Position numbers and translations under genes: made by a program. A model generated the notes under the pieces. It made no database searches and was not told the origin of the DNA. It saw only the letters and a list, made by a program, of their open reading frames with translations. Below are positions 9,730 through 19,897 of a stretch of DNA of 64,000 bases, in pieces. The stretch comes from Candidatus Omnitrophota bacterium (GTDB lineage Bacteria; Omnitrophota; Gorgyraeia; Zapsychrales; JANLHA01): the NCBI GenBank assembly GCA_023143685.1, contig JAGLHE010000055.1, forward strand, positions 14,984-78,983, given 5' to 3'. How positions within the stretch are numbered: position 1 is the stretch's first letter; every line of letters begins with the position of its first letter.

Positions 9730-11376
9730 TCATTGTTTCATTTCCAAAATACATTTCGTAAATTCACCATCCGTTAAAGCATCGATCATAGCTGTCAACT
9801 CATCCACGCGCAGCTGCTTATCCATTGCCCAGCGCGGGTCGGGCATCAAAGAAACCGCTGCCAATAAATCCACCTGCACTCGACGGCGCTCAAAATACAA
9901 CCTTGTCACCTGGTCTAAAATGTCTTCCCTTAACTCCACCATCAATTTTGAACGTGAATCAATGCTCGTCTGATCCGTGCTCCAAACAATGTCAGCCAGA
10001 TCCCATGACAGAGAAACACCCCACCCAAAATTGCTGTAAAATGTTTTATCATCCGGCGCAAGATAATGTTGTCCGCCACTGGTGTAGCTCCCATAAATAC
10101 TGTCAGATACCGTTCTGTTCTGATCACCATCCATGCTTACGCTCAAATCCGGCAACCACGCCTTTTTCCTGGATAACTCCCGCCATTCCTTAATTTTACC
10201 GGGGTGGACTTCAGCATAATCGATAGCCATTTTGTGAACTTCCTGGACAGAAGGTTCAAATCCTAAAACTTGTTGATACGAGGCTTGAAATTCATGAAAC
10301 GAAGATTGATTCAAAGAATTTGTTTGCAGTGCTTGACGTGGCTGAGCGCAATATTTTTCTTGATCTTTAGATTCAATAAAATCATCCGAAAAGAATAGCC
10401 CCTTATCGGTTCCGGCATACAGATTTCCCTTACCATCAGCAGCTAACGATTCAACGTCCGTTGTCTCCATCCCTTGATACAACGCCTTCCACTGATCCCC
10501 ATCCAGGAAGAAAACGCCTTTTGACGTTGCCACAACAATATTACTGTTCACCATAACCAACCGGGTTCCAAATTCGACCGGCAAACCATCCACAACCATT
10601 CGCTTCCATGCACTCCCTTGACCCTGACGAACAAAAACCCCAAAATCACTCAATACATACACATTGCCTTGATTAATATAAATATCCCGGATTTTTTGTT
10701 CCAGCTCCAACGCCTGGATACCATAAAATTCATCTTCAGACACTTCTTCCGACACCTTTGATCCTAACGAAAACATTTTTTCAACCAAACCATTCACGCT
10801 GCCTATCATATATACAGCTGACGCGCTGGCAGCATAGAGGTTCTGATCATCGACAGCCAATTCATAAACCGCGGTGTTTCCCAATTCACCTTCTTGTTTT
10901 TGCCAAACCGATTCATTGACACCTTTTTGAAATATCCCCCGGTTGGTTGCGACATAGACCTGTTCCCGCATCCGCGTAATATCCCAACACTGCTTTGCCA
11001 CAGCATCGGCTGAAAAGTAAATAAGCTCCCACCTGCGACCACCATCAGGGCTATAAAAAGCACCTTCATCTGTAGCAACATAAATTTCATCCGAATTAGT
11101 TGCGGGAATATAAATAGAATGAATTTCTTTCGAACCCCCGGAAAGGCCGCTAACAGCAAAAAACTCCTTACCTTTATTATTAGATCGGTAGAGAGTTTTA
11201 TGAGTTCCGGCAAACACAATATTGGGGTCATCAGGCGCAACAGCCAGGCTTGTAATTTCACTTTCGTAAATTCCGGAAGAAATTTTTTGCCAACCCTGAT
11301 CCTGCATCGAAAACCCAGAAGCTGTTACAGCAGTCATCAGCAGCAAATACACTTGTAGAACCTTGGAATATTGCAT
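9730..11376 (-). CDS. Secreted beta-propeller (YCF48/BNR-like) protein with C-terminal helical/beta-hairpin domain
   Basis: Signal peptide; repeated YVATxxG/SxDGGxxW blades; C-terminal WLPDL..WDL..VTRLYFERRR. Confidence 0.65.
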   Translation of the reverse strand: MQYSKVLQVYLLLMTAVTASGFSMQDQGWQKISSGIYESEITSLAVAPDDPNIVFAGTHKTLYRSNNKGKEFFAVSGLSGGSKEIHSIYIPATNSDEIYVATDEGAFYSPDGGRRWELIYFSADAVAKQCWDITRMREQVYVATNRGIFQKGVNESVWQKQEGELGNTAVYELAVDDQNLYAASASAVYMIGSVNGLVEKMFSLGSKVSEEVSEDEFYGIQALELEQKIRDIYINQGNVYVLSDFGVFVRQGQGSAWKRMVVDGLPVEFGTRLVMVNSNIVVATSKGVFFLDGDQWKALYQGMETTDVESLAADGKGNLYAGTDKGLFFSDDFIESKDQEKYCAQPRQALQTNSLNQSSFHEFQASYQQVLGFEPSVQEVHKMAIDYAEVHPGKIKEWRELSRKKAWLPDLSVSMDGDQNRTVSDSIYGSYTSGGQHYLAPDDKTFYSNFGWGVSLSWDLADIVWSTDQTSIDSRSKLMVELREDILDQVTRLYFERRRVQVDLLAAVSLMPDPRWAMDKQLRVDELTAMIDALTDGEFTKCILEMKQ

Positions 11377-11420
11377 ATTAAAAACTCTATGAATTGTAAG
11401 TTAAGGATGAAAGATATGAA

Positions 11421-11720
11421 CTACGAGTCCCGGATAACATCCCGGTAAATCTTCTCAATGCTCACCAGCGACAAGGCATGTTGCATAGACTCCTTGATCG
11501 CAGGATTTTCCTTTTCAACCGCTAGAAGATACTGCTCGCAATACTCGAGCATGGCCTCCAGGCCTAACTGTTGACGCATTGCAAACAGGATGCTTAAGCC
11601 TGTGTAAAACGTCACCATTCTATCTGGAGTATTAAGTGAGGTATTTGATTTGAAGCTTGGGGAGGAATTCTGGCTTAAATTGCCAAGGGGTTCATCAAAA
11701 TTACGTTCATTTAAATTCAT
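11421..11720 (-). CDS. Hypothetical protein
   Basis: 99-aa ORF with upstream AAAGGA. Confidence 0.55.
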   Translation of the reverse strand: MNLNERNFDEPLGNLSQNSSPSFKSNTSLNTPDRMVTFYTGLSILFAMRQQLGLEAMLEYCEQYLLAVEKENPAIKESMQHALSLVSIEKIYRDVIRDS

Positions 11721-11992
11721 TTATTTGATCATCCTTTCTAATTGCGATGATCAAGGATAGCACTATTTTGATGATTTGTCAATACACGTATTAAAATTTA
11801 ATCAAATATCTTAGCATGCCTAAATATTTGGCATAAAATAAGATACAAAATATTTTCGGATATAGATAGAAATTTTAAACATAAAAACAAAAAAATAATT
11901 CTCAGCCTTGTTGATATATCAAAACAGGAAACAAAAATTATCAGCGGCAGGCAAAGCACATACCGCTTTTTTAATACCATCTAATTCCCGGA

Positions 11993-12469
11993 TCAAGGTC
12001 TTTCAATCTTAAGAATTTTATATCGCAAAGAACCTGCCGGAACCTGGACTTCTAATTCTTCCCCGGCCTCATGCCCCATCAAGCCTTTTCCAATCGGCGA
12101 AAGAATCGAAAGTTTGTTCTCCTCATAATTCGCTTCTTCAGGGGAGACCATCATATACTTCATCTTTTCATCCGTATCGCAATCTTTCAAAGTCACAATA
12201 GCGCCAATAAAAACCTTATCCGCTGAGATATTTTGATCTTCAATCAATCGGACATTGGACAACTTCAACTCCAAGTTCGCAATCCTGGCTTCACAATGGC
12301 CTTGCTCCTCTTTCGCGGCATGATATTCTGCGTTTTCCTTAAGGTCACCCAAAAGCCTTGCCTCTCCAATAACCTTTGAGATGGCATGGCGCTTAGGGCC
12401 CTTGAGCTCTTCAAGTTCATCCCTTAATTTTTCATATCCTGCGCGTGTCAAGTAAACTTCTTGTGACAT
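11993..12469 (-). CDS. greA: Transcription elongation factor GreA
   Basis: GDLKENAEYHAAKEEQ, SPIGKGLMG; start at MSQEVYLT. Confidence 0.95.
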   Translation of the reverse strand: MSQEVYLTRAGYEKLRDELEELKGPKRHAISKVIGEARLLGDLKENAEYHAAKEEQGHCEARIANLELKLSNVRLIEDQNISADKVFIGAIVTLKDCDTDEKMKYMMVSPEEANYEENKLSILSPIGKGLMGHEAGEELEVQVPAGSLRYKILKIERP

Positions 12470-12491
12470 ACAAGTTCTCCAGTTTTTAATT

Positions 12492-12529
12492 AAAGGACAC
12501 GCACTAATCATTTACTTAAATACGTGCCC
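12492..12529 (-). terminator. Possible intrinsic terminator/attenuator in greA leader
   Basis: Stem GGGCACGUA/UGCGUGUCC followed by UUU just upstream of greA. Confidence 0.4.
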
Positions 12530-12670
12530 CCCAATTCTCGCCTCGTCGTAAATCTTGTTCATTCCCCCTGAATTCTTCGCAACCCTTCAGGGTTTGCTCC
12601 AGAATTCAAGAAGAGGGATAGTTCGCGCATATGAGCTATATCGGCTACACCTCTATAACTCATGCGTTCA

Positions 12671-12904
12671 CTACATATTCTCGACAGCTTTCATCATAAC
12701 AGGAATAACTTCCTGCGCTTCTCCCTTAGTCATGCGGCCTAATTTAGCAAAACGCCATTCTTCCGTCTGTCCTAAATTCTCACGAGAAACCTGCAATTTC
12801 TTCTCGGCACCATTATAAGAAAAAACCCCGACCGTAATACGGGTTTCACCGAAATCTTTAACTTCTTTGAACAATTCTTGATCTAACGACTTGTCGTAAG
12901 GCAT
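12671..12904 (-). CDS. Small conserved protein, possibly PC4/YdbC-like nucleic-acid-binding
   Basis: ITVGVFSYNGAEKKLQVSRE...KLGRMT pattern; AGGAGG RBS. Confidence 0.5.
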   Translation of the reverse strand: MPYDKSLDQELFKEVKDFGETRITVGVFSYNGAEKKLQVSRENLGQTEEWRFAKLGRMTKGEAQEVIPVMMKAVENM

Positions 12905-12953
12905 TGATCTTCCTCCTGGGTTATGATTTTGTTAAAACACTAATGAACACTGA

Positions 12954-13235
12954 TTATAAGCCTGGCATAACAGAAGCCATCTGCTTCGCTGCCATCTGCT
13001 GCGACTTCGTAATAGCTGCATTCGCACTTCTTAAAAGATCAGCTTCAAGCTTACCCTTATTCTCTAACGTCAACAAACTTTCATCTATCGCGATAGACCG
13101 AAAATTCTGTGACCCGGTTATCTCAACACGGATTCCATTACCCTCATCAACCTCGACTGTCATCCCATCAAGCTCGCGTTTAATCCTGTCCGCCTGTTTC
13201 TTCATTTCCATTAATTGTTTCATTTTGTCAAACAT
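12954..13235 (-). CDS. ybaB: YbaB/EbfC nucleoid-associated protein
   Basis: MKKQA..VEITGSQ..SIAIDESLL..LEADLLRSANAA. Confidence 0.85.
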   Translation of the reverse strand: MFDKMKQLMEMKKQADRIKRELDGMTVEVDEGNGIRVEITGSQNFRSIAIDESLLTLENKGKLEADLLRSANAAITKSQQMAAKQMASVMPGL

Positions 13236-13380
13236 CCTCTACTCCTTTTTAATTCGTGCTGCGTGCAACGGACTACAAAAACTTTTAACACTCTTAAACC
13301 TGAGGCCTACCCCTTATTGTTCTTGCCTATCATACTTAAAAGTAAAAAATTTGCAAGGGATTAATAACAGGCAAACATCC

Positions 13381-13677
13381 TCACCCCTTCAGCCGCAGGC
13401 CGATATCCCATAACGTTCGCACAAGAAAACCCTTCAAAAAAATCACCGCCAAAAAGGCGACAATCGGAGACAAATCAATTCCCATCGTCGGCATAAATCG
13501 TCGGATAGGCTGCAAAATCGGCTCTGTTGTCCTATGCAAAAATTGCACAATCGGATTAAAAGGATCAGGACTAACCCAACTGATCAAAGCCCGTGCTAAA
13601 ATAAGCCAATAAACAATCGACAAAACAACTTCCACAATTTGTGCTAATGCTAAAAAAAGATTTCCAAAAAGAAACAT
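13381..13677 (-). CDS. yggT: YggT family membrane protein
   Basis: SWVSPDPFNPIVQFL..TEPIL.PIRR..GIDLSP. Confidence 0.92.
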   Translation of the reverse strand: MFLFGNLFLALAQIVEVVLSIVYWLILARALISWVSPDPFNPIVQFLHRTTEPILQPIRRFMPTMGIDLSPIVAFLAVIFLKGFLVRTLWDIGLRLKG

Positions 13678-13701
13678 GCTTTCCCCTTCCTCCTGTTTAA
13701 T

Positions 13702-13791
13702 AAAATAAGCTCGCTTGATATTTTTGATTGCTCGCAGCTATTTTATGCCCGTGTAGGAATTTCTCATGGGGTCTCTGAAATTCCTATACTA
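13702..13791. repeat. Family A 90-bp element, copy 2 (encodes the MscS C-terminus and stop)
   Basis: Aligns with 671-760. Confidence 0.85.
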
Positions 13792-14858
13792 GAACTTACT
13801 TTTTCACCTTTTTCCTGCTCATTATTAATCGCGCGAATAGGATACGGAATAATAATCCCTTCTTGCGCGTATCGTTTATGCAGGCGTTTAATAAATTCAT
13901 GTTTGAGTAAATAATTATCCACAAACTCATGCGCGCGCAATATCACAGAAAAATTAATACTAAAATCATCAAATGTATGATATCGGATAAACGGATCAAA
14001 CTCCGCGACTGCTCCGGTTACATCTTGTAATGCTTGTTTCCCTACTTCCTTTGTCACGCGCTCAACATGCTCCAGATCTGAATCATAATGCACACCCACC
14101 TGCACGAGAACAGCCAACTCTTTTTCCGGATAATAAAAATTCGTAATACGCGAATTCACAAGCGCGTTATTCGACATAACAACCACATTGTTCGGCAACA
14201 TACGCAACCAGGTAGAACGCCACCCGATTTTATGAACGTACCCTTGCTCTCCAGATTCCAGCTGAATAAACTGTCCCACCTGAAACGGCTTATCAATAAT
14301 AATCTGAATACCGGCAAACAAATTCTCTAACGTCGGCTGCAATGCCAAGGCGATCGCCAAAGACCCGATCCCTAAAGAAGCAATAATCGGGGTAATCGAA
14401 ACTCCGAATGTATCTAACAAAATCAAAAGCCCAAGCCCGACAACAATAACACGAACAAACCCGCGCGCAACACCGCCTGTTGTTTTAAGGATCGCAACTT
14501 CCTCTTTGTACCTCTTCATCGTGCCATTTAAAAACTTATCAACAAACATAATAATCGCAATAATCGTCGCTGCCTTAAATCCAATCACAAAATATTTGGC
14601 TAATTGCGCATCCCGCATACTGGGCAACACCCACTCCACAATGAAACCACCACTGGCAAAAGCTAAAAGTGTAAGTGGAAAATCAGCAGCCTGAACAAAA
14701 ACATCATCCAGTCGCGTCTTTGTTTTTCCAGCTGCTTTCTTTACTGCCTTAAAGCATATCCTCTTAATTGCCAAAAGCACTGTCACCCAGGCAAAATAAG
14801 CTAAGGGGACAATCAGCCAGGAAGAAAATGAAAAACCTAAAAAATTAATATTTTGCAT
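13764..14858 (-). CDS. mscS: Small-conductance mechanosensitive channel
   Basis: ASLGIGSLAIALALQ, KPFQVGQFI, IGWRST, GIIIPYP. Confidence 0.92.
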   Translation of the reverse strand: MQNINFLGFSFSSWLIVPLAYFAWVTVLLAIKRICFKAVKKAAGKTKTRLDDVFVQAADFPLTLLAFASGGFIVEWVLPSMRDAQLAKYFVIGFKAATIIAIIMFVDKFLNGTMKRYKEEVAILKTTGGVARGFVRVIVVGLGLLILLDTFGVSITPIIASLGIGSLAIALALQPTLENLFAGIQIIIDKPFQVGQFIQLESGEQGYVHKIGWRSTWLRMLPNNVVVMSNNALVNSRITNFYYPEKELAVLVQVGVHYDSDLEHVERVTKEVGKQALQDVTGAVAEFDPFIRYHTFDDFSINFSVILRAHEFVDNYLLKHEFIKRLHKRYAQEGIIIPYPIRAINNEQEKGEKVSSSIGISETP

Positions 14859-14861
14859 ACA

Positions 14862-15359
14862 TCAGCTCCTTTCTTTTAACCAAATCTTTTCCATCTCTGC
14901 GTTTATTTTTGCCTCAACGTTTTTGGAAACGTTCTTGTGTTCCTGCGAAAAACCCTTTTTGCCTGCTGCAGGAAAACCTTTTTCCCCTGCCTTGTCAAGA
15001 AATTCATACACACCCAAAACTTTCGCGCCTGATGCCCGCACATAATATTGAATCTCTCTATCTTCTGTCACAACAACAACCGACTTCTTATTAGGATGCC
15101 CATCAACCATACGCTTAATCTTTTCATCCGCGGTCTCATCCGACGTAAAAAAAACTTTCACAAATGATGCCTTCTGTGGGCCCCAAACATCTGACCGGCC
15201 ATCAAACACAACTATAACATCATTTTTTAAGCTTCCCTGCGGCCGATGTATTTCCAAGAAATGAATTAAACTTGATCGGCCATCCTCCAATGTACGGTCT
15301 GCCAACTCAGGGATACGCTTAATCACATTATACCCGTCAATAATAAATGAGACTGCCAT
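14862..15359 (-). CDS. YacP/Rae1-like NYN-domain ribonuclease
   Basis: IIDGYNV, VVFDG, ETADEKI, VVTEDREI. Confidence 0.85.
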   Translation of the reverse strand: MAVSFIIDGYNVIKRIPELADRTLEDGRSSLIHFLEIHRPQGSLKNDVIVVFDGRSDVWGPQKASFVKVFFTSDETADEKIKRMVDGHPNKKSVVVVTEDREIQYYVRASGAKVLGVYEFLDKAGEKGFPAAGKKGFSQEHKNVSKNVEAKINAEMEKIWLKERS

Positions 15360-15360
15360 A

Positions 15361-16368
15361 CTACGTCCCTTGTTCAGCTTTGAGAGCTTTCTTAATCGCG
15401 GCTTCTTCTTCCGGGTTCTTTGTCAGCATATAAAAAGCACCACCCAAAAGGCCCACAAGCATCATAAACACAGAACTTCCAATAAACACAATACTGACCG
15501 CTACCCCGGAATCAACACCCACACGGACAAATAAAAACGCGGCAGCGGCTTCACGTACACCCAAGCCTCCGATCGATGGCACACACGAAGCCACGCAGAT
15601 CAATGGAGTAAAAATAATACAGTACAACAACGGCACATCTTGATGCAAGGCCTTAGCCGTCAAAAAAAACGTTGTTGCCATACATAGCTGACTAAAACAA
15701 GAAACCCCGATGGCTTTATAAATCGCATCTTTGCGCTCTCTTAAAAGAGCAATATCATAATGCATTTGCATTAAGGCCTTTTGAAATTTCGGGAAAATCT
15801 GAAAAATCTTGCAACAAAAACTATAAATCTTTTCATTGAATAAGACCACTCCGATTGACACAGACCCGCCGGCGATCATCACAATTCCAACGAGCAATGA
15901 TCTGTCTTCAATAACCTTTAACACGTATCCGACAAAAAATGAAATCACTGCCACAAGCGCGATCGCCGCAAACCCGCTTAGCCGGTCAAGAAGCGCGGAG
16001 GCTACAACCTTCGGCTTTTCAGAATGCGAAACCTGGCACAAACCAATTGTCTTAATAATGTCCCCACCGATCGCGCTCGGCAAAAAAAGGTTACCAAACA
16101 ACCCGACAAAAAAATACCGCGCAATACTTAAAAACGGGGCCCGCAACCCTAACGCATTGATAAAGATGTTCCACCGCATAAGCAAAATATAGTTAATGAC
16201 CATGAACACCAAAAACGCTAACGCAATAAAACCCCCATCCGCAGACTTTACCGCATTCCAGGTTTTATCCACATCAATTGTGTTATAAAGATAGACTAGC
16301 AGGGCACCGCTTAATCCAAACCGAAGCAAATTTGACAACAAATTCTTTGATTTCTGTTTTAAAGTCAC
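15361..16368 (-). CDS. Lysylphosphatidylglycerol-synthase TM-region (flippase-like) protein
   Basis: RW, NLFLPSAIGGD, DRLSG, SIGGLGVRE. Confidence 0.85.
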   Translation of the reverse strand: MTLKQKSKNLLSNLLRFGLSGALLVYLYNTIDVDKTWNAVKSADGGFIALAFLVFMVINYILLMRWNIFINALGLRAPFLSIARYFFVGLFGNLFLPSAIGGDIIKTIGLCQVSHSEKPKVVASALLDRLSGFAAIALVAVISFFVGYVLKVIEDRSLLVGIVMIAGGSVSIGVVLFNEKIYSFCCKIFQIFPKFQKALMQMHYDIALLRERKDAIYKAIGVSCFSQLCMATTFFLTAKALHQDVPLLYCIIFTPLICVASCVPSIGGLGVREAAAAFLFVRVGVDSGVAVSIVFIGSSVFMMLVGLLGGAFYMLTKNPEEEAAIKKALKAEQGT

Positions 16369-17273
16369 GCAATATCCTTTATGTTTACAGCTCGATATCC
16401 TCGTTCGGCCAGATAAGAACTACGTACCAGCGGGCCGCTCTCAACATACTTAAAGCCAAAATCCTTACCCATTTGTGAATATTCCCGAAATTTCTCCGGC
16501 GCAATAAATTCCGATACCGGCACATGTCGGCCTTCTCTCGTCGGAGCAAGATATTGCCCTATCGTCAAAAGATCACAGCCGGCAGACAGCAGATCTTTCA
16601 TCGCCTCCCGAACCTCTTTTTCAGTCTCACCTAAACCAACCATCAAACTTGATTTTATAAAAGCAGCCGACATCTTACGCATATTACGCAACACGTCTAA
16701 AGACCGATCATAGCTAGCTTGTGGCCGTATCTTTAATGAAAGACGACGAACCGTTTCCAGATTATGCCCAATCACATCAGGCTCAGCAGTTCCGATTTTT
16801 TTTAAACTTTCTTCATTATTTTTAAAATCAGGGATCAATACCTCAATCTTTATTTGACGCGCATGCTTCTTAATTTGCCGAACCGTTTCAGCAAATTGCC
16901 CTGCCCCACCATCATCCAAATCATCACGTGTAACCGATGTCACAACAACATACCTTAAATTCAACGCCCTCACAGCCAAGGCAACCTCTCCGGGTTCCCT
17001 GATATCCAAAGATTCCGGACGCCCGGCCTTAACCGCGCAAAAACGGCACGCGCGCGTGCACAAATCTCCCAAAATCATAAATGTTGCTACACCCTGCCCC
17101 CAACACTGTCCCTGATTTGGACATCGCGCGCTCTCACACACCGTTGAAAGATTCCTGCTATGCAATAAATCTTTCATTTTTTTTATTTTTTGCGTATCAG
17201 GGAGAGGTTGACGGAACCAGGCAGGAAGCCTATGAGATAAACCACATATTTTTTCTTTACAGGTGGCTGTCAT
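16365..17273 (-). CDS. lipA: Lipoyl synthase
   Basis: CESARCPNQGQC, CTRACRFC, GPLVRSSY. Confidence 0.95.
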   Translation of the reverse strand: MTATCKEKICGLSHRLPAWFRQPLPDTQKIKKMKDLLHSRNLSTVCESARCPNQGQCWGQGVATFMILGDLCTRACRFCAVKAGRPESLDIREPGEVALAVRALNLRYVVVTSVTRDDLDDGGAGQFAETVRQIKKHARQIKIEVLIPDFKNNEESLKKIGTAEPDVIGHNLETVRRLSLKIRPQASYDRSLDVLRNMRKMSAAFIKSSLMVGLGETEKEVREAMKDLLSAGCDLLTIGQYLAPTREGRHVPVSEFIAPEKFREYSQMGKDFGFKYVESGPLVRSSYLAERGYRAVNIKDIA

Positions 17274-17280
17274 CGATCTT

Positions 17281-17787
17281 TTATATACTCTCTGCGGAAA
17301 GCTCTTCAAGTTGTTTTCTTATCTGAAACTTTTGACGCCATCCGGCGTAATCCACAATCATTTTTCCTGACAAATGATCCATCTCATGCAAAAAAACCCG
17401 CGCCATTAACTCAGAATATTGTTTCTCAACCAACTGATTATTCTCATCAATATATTTAACGAGAATCTTTTCGGGACGTTTAATTTTCACCACAATCTCC
17501 GGAACGCTCAAACACCCCTCCTCCATCACCGCGCACCCACTTTTTTTAATAACTTTTGGATTAACAACAACAACCGGGCCTTCTCCGACATCCACCACAA
17601 AAATTTGCTTATTAACACCGACTTGAGGCGCGGCCAAACCAACGCCCTTTTCTTTATACATCGTTTCAATCATAGCTTCAAAAAGCATACGCTCTGCAAT
17701 ACCAGCTTCCTTAACAGCTTCTGCTTTCTGGCACAAACACGGATCTCCATATATGCGAATTTTTAATTTTTGGATAATTTTTTCCAT
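17281..17787 (-). CDS. def: Peptide deformylase
   Basis: GVGLAAPQVG, EGCLS, HEMDH. Confidence 0.96.
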   Translation of the reverse strand: MEKIIQKLKIRIYGDPCLCQKAEAVKEAGIAERMLFEAMIETMYKEKGVGLAAPQVGVNKQIFVVDVGEGPVVVVNPKVIKKSGCAVMEEGCLSVPEIVVKIKRPEKILVKYIDENNQLVEKQYSELMARVFLHEMDHLSGKMIVDYAGWRQKFQIRKQLEELSAESI

Positions 17788-17822
17788 ATCACATCTGGCC
17801 TGTTATCTCTATCAACAGCCTA

Positions 17823-18173
17823 CTAGTTCCGAACATGGTTATTCTCATCTAAATAAATAACCTTTATTTTATAATTCTTCGCATCATTCTGGTCCATCAA
17901 CGCATAACTTAAAACAATAACTTTATCCCCAACAACCCCGGAACGAGCCGCTGGGCCATTCAAACAAATCTGACCAGAGCCGGCCTTCCCCGCAATAGTA
18001 TAAGTCTCAAGGCGCGCCCCATTATTAAGGTTTAAAACTTCCACCTTCTCCCCTGGCAAAATATCTACAGATTTCAACAAATCCTCATCAATAGTAATGC
18101 TTCCTTCATAATATAATTCAGCTTCTGTCACTGTCGCATGAGCAATTTTAGCTTTACAAAACGTAATCCACAT
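17823..18173 (-). CDS. panD: Aspartate 1-decarboxylase
   Basis: [24 protein letters not shown]. Confidence 0.95.
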   Translation of the reverse strand: MWITFCKAKIAHATVTEAELYYEGSITIDEDLLKSVDILPGEKVEVLNLNNGARLETYTIAGKAGSGQICLNGPAARSGVVGDKVIVLSYALMDQNDAKNYKIKVIYLDENNHVRN

Positions 18174-18201
18174 CTCTTTAACTCCTGTTCAAAACACTTA
18201 T

Positions 18202-18522
18202 TTACAAATTCTCATTAATTTTGGCAATCAATTGATCTTTGCCCACTGCGCCAACTGTTTGATCAACAACTTCACCCTGTTTAATAATCAGAAGAGTCGG
18301 GATAGACATAACATTATATTTGGCTGCCAATTCCTGGGATTCATCAATATTAACTTTTGCCACTTTCACCTTTCCTGCCATTTCTTCTGCAATTTCATCA
18401 ATTACAGGGCTAATCATCTTACACGGGCCACACCATTCTGCCCAAAAATCAACCAAAACAGGAAGGTCTGACTTAACAACTTCTTCTTCAAAATTTTTAA
18501 TTGTAATTTGTATTACACTCAT
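18202..18522 (-). CDS. trxA: Thioredoxin
   Basis: [11 protein letters not shown]. Confidence 0.96.
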   Translation of the reverse strand: MSVIQITIKNFEEEVVKSDLPVLVDFWAEWCGPCKMISPVIDEIAEEMAGKVKVAKVNIDESQELAAKYNVMSIPTLLIIKQGEVVDQTVGAVGKDQLIAKINENL

Positions 18523-18726
18523 CTTTAAACCCCTTTCGGCAATAACTTTATTAATTGCAATTAGTTAGATTCCTAACAAACAATAAACTCCTAGATATCT
18601 TTATAAGAACAAATATTATATCCGGGCAAAGTCTTTCTGGCAAGAAAATTCTCTTCACATCGATGGTGTCGAGGGATATCCTCTAATTCTTTTTGTTTCT
18701 GCGGATAAAATATAAATCAACTTTAT

Positions 18727-18816
18727 AAAACAAGTTCACCTGATAATTTTGTTTGCTCGCAACTATTTCATGGCCGTGTAGGAATTTCCTTTGGGGTCTT
18801 TGAAATCCCTATACTA
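18727..18816. repeat. Family A 90-bp element, copy 3
   Basis: Aligns with 671-760; downstream of the pilus operon. Confidence 0.8.
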
Positions 18817-18827
18817 CAAGAAAATTT

Positions 18828-19289
18828 TTATAAATTCAGCATCAACTCAAAATTATATTGCTCACCACTCAAAATAACACGGTCTTTCTGAATATCAATT
18901 ACCGTATATTTATCTATCCGTGTCCCAATCTGAACAATCCTGTTGTTGATAATCGCTGTGGGCGTTACACTATCCCAGGCAATACCCATAAGGTGCAGAT
19001 CTGAAGATGTTTCGTCCGCTGTTCTTCGCGGGGCAGGAAAAAATGGATCCCGAGTTACCTCTAAATCTTCTGTCTCTTTCTCGAGCTTTCCGTAAAACTT
19101 TCTATCCACCACGTCAGGCTCTGAACCTGCTTGTGCTGCCAAAGTCTCGGTCGTTATACCCACAGGACTCTTCGCCCGCCTGGTTTTCTTTGCTTTCTTC
19201 TGAATCGAAGGAATAAGAAAGACCGCAAGGATCAGCAGCAATATTCCTGAAATGGATAATTGAATAATTTCTTTCTTGTTTAAATTCAT
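18828..19289 (-). CDS. PilP/GspC/MshK-like pilus accessory protein
   Basis: TM anchor, RDPF, LMGIAW..AIINNRIV.IG; operon position. Confidence 0.65.
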   Translation of the reverse strand: MNLNKKEIIQLSISGILLLILAVFLIPSIQKKAKKTRRAKSPVGITTETLAAQAGSEPDVVDRKFYGKLEKETEDLEVTRDPFFPAPRRTADETSSDLHLMGIAWDSVTPTAIINNRIVQIGTRIDKYTVIDIQKDRVILSGEQYNFELMLNL

Positions 19290-19858
19290 GACAATAAATA
19301 TACATTCAGTTCAAGATGAACATCTAAAGTTTTTCCTGGCGCAGAACTCTTCCTGATATTCAATTTTTCAACCGTCAAATAAACCGGCAAATCAATTTTC
19401 AAACGCTCCAGATACTTAATAATAGTCGAATAATTACTTTTCAGCTTCATGGAAACAAGAACCTTGTAGCAACGCCGCCCCTCCATCACCACCTGCTGAT
19501 TATTTTCATCAAGAAACAGTGTTTTACGTTGCGTCCTTGTATTTTGGATTTCTATCTTCAATTCCCGGGCCAAGTCATTCATCAACCGCAAAGCATCCTC
19601 TTCCCTTTTAGGAAACTTTCGCTCCAATCCATCATATTGATTCGCAATATCTTGCAATGCTTCTTTAATTGTTTTTTTCTGATCAATAACAGATTCAATT
19701 TGCTGAATCTGGCTTTCAATCCCTTTCATCTCATCTTTTAGCCGCCCAATAACACCCTGCCCGGGCAAATAAATAAAAAGCAGGACAATCAAAACAATGC
19801 CCACACCGATACTCATAAACATAAAAATCTTTTGTTGAGCTAAACTGATCTTTTGCAT
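19286..19858 (-). CDS. pilO: Type IV pilus assembly PilO-like protein
   Basis: TM, coiled coil and ferredoxin-like C-terminus; follows PilM/N. Confidence 0.7.
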   Translation of the reverse strand: MQKISLAQQKIFMFMSIGVGIVLIVLLFIYLPGQGVIGRLKDEMKGIESQIQQIESVIDQKKTIKEALQDIANQYDGLERKFPKREEDALRLMNDLARELKIEIQNTRTQRKTLFLDENNQQVVMEGRRCYKVLVSMKLKSNYSTIIKYLERLKIDLPVYLTVEKLNIRKSSAPGKTLDVHLELNVYLLS

Positions 19859-19897
19859 TTTCTCTTACCTGTGCCCCGGCAACACTCACTCAGAACA

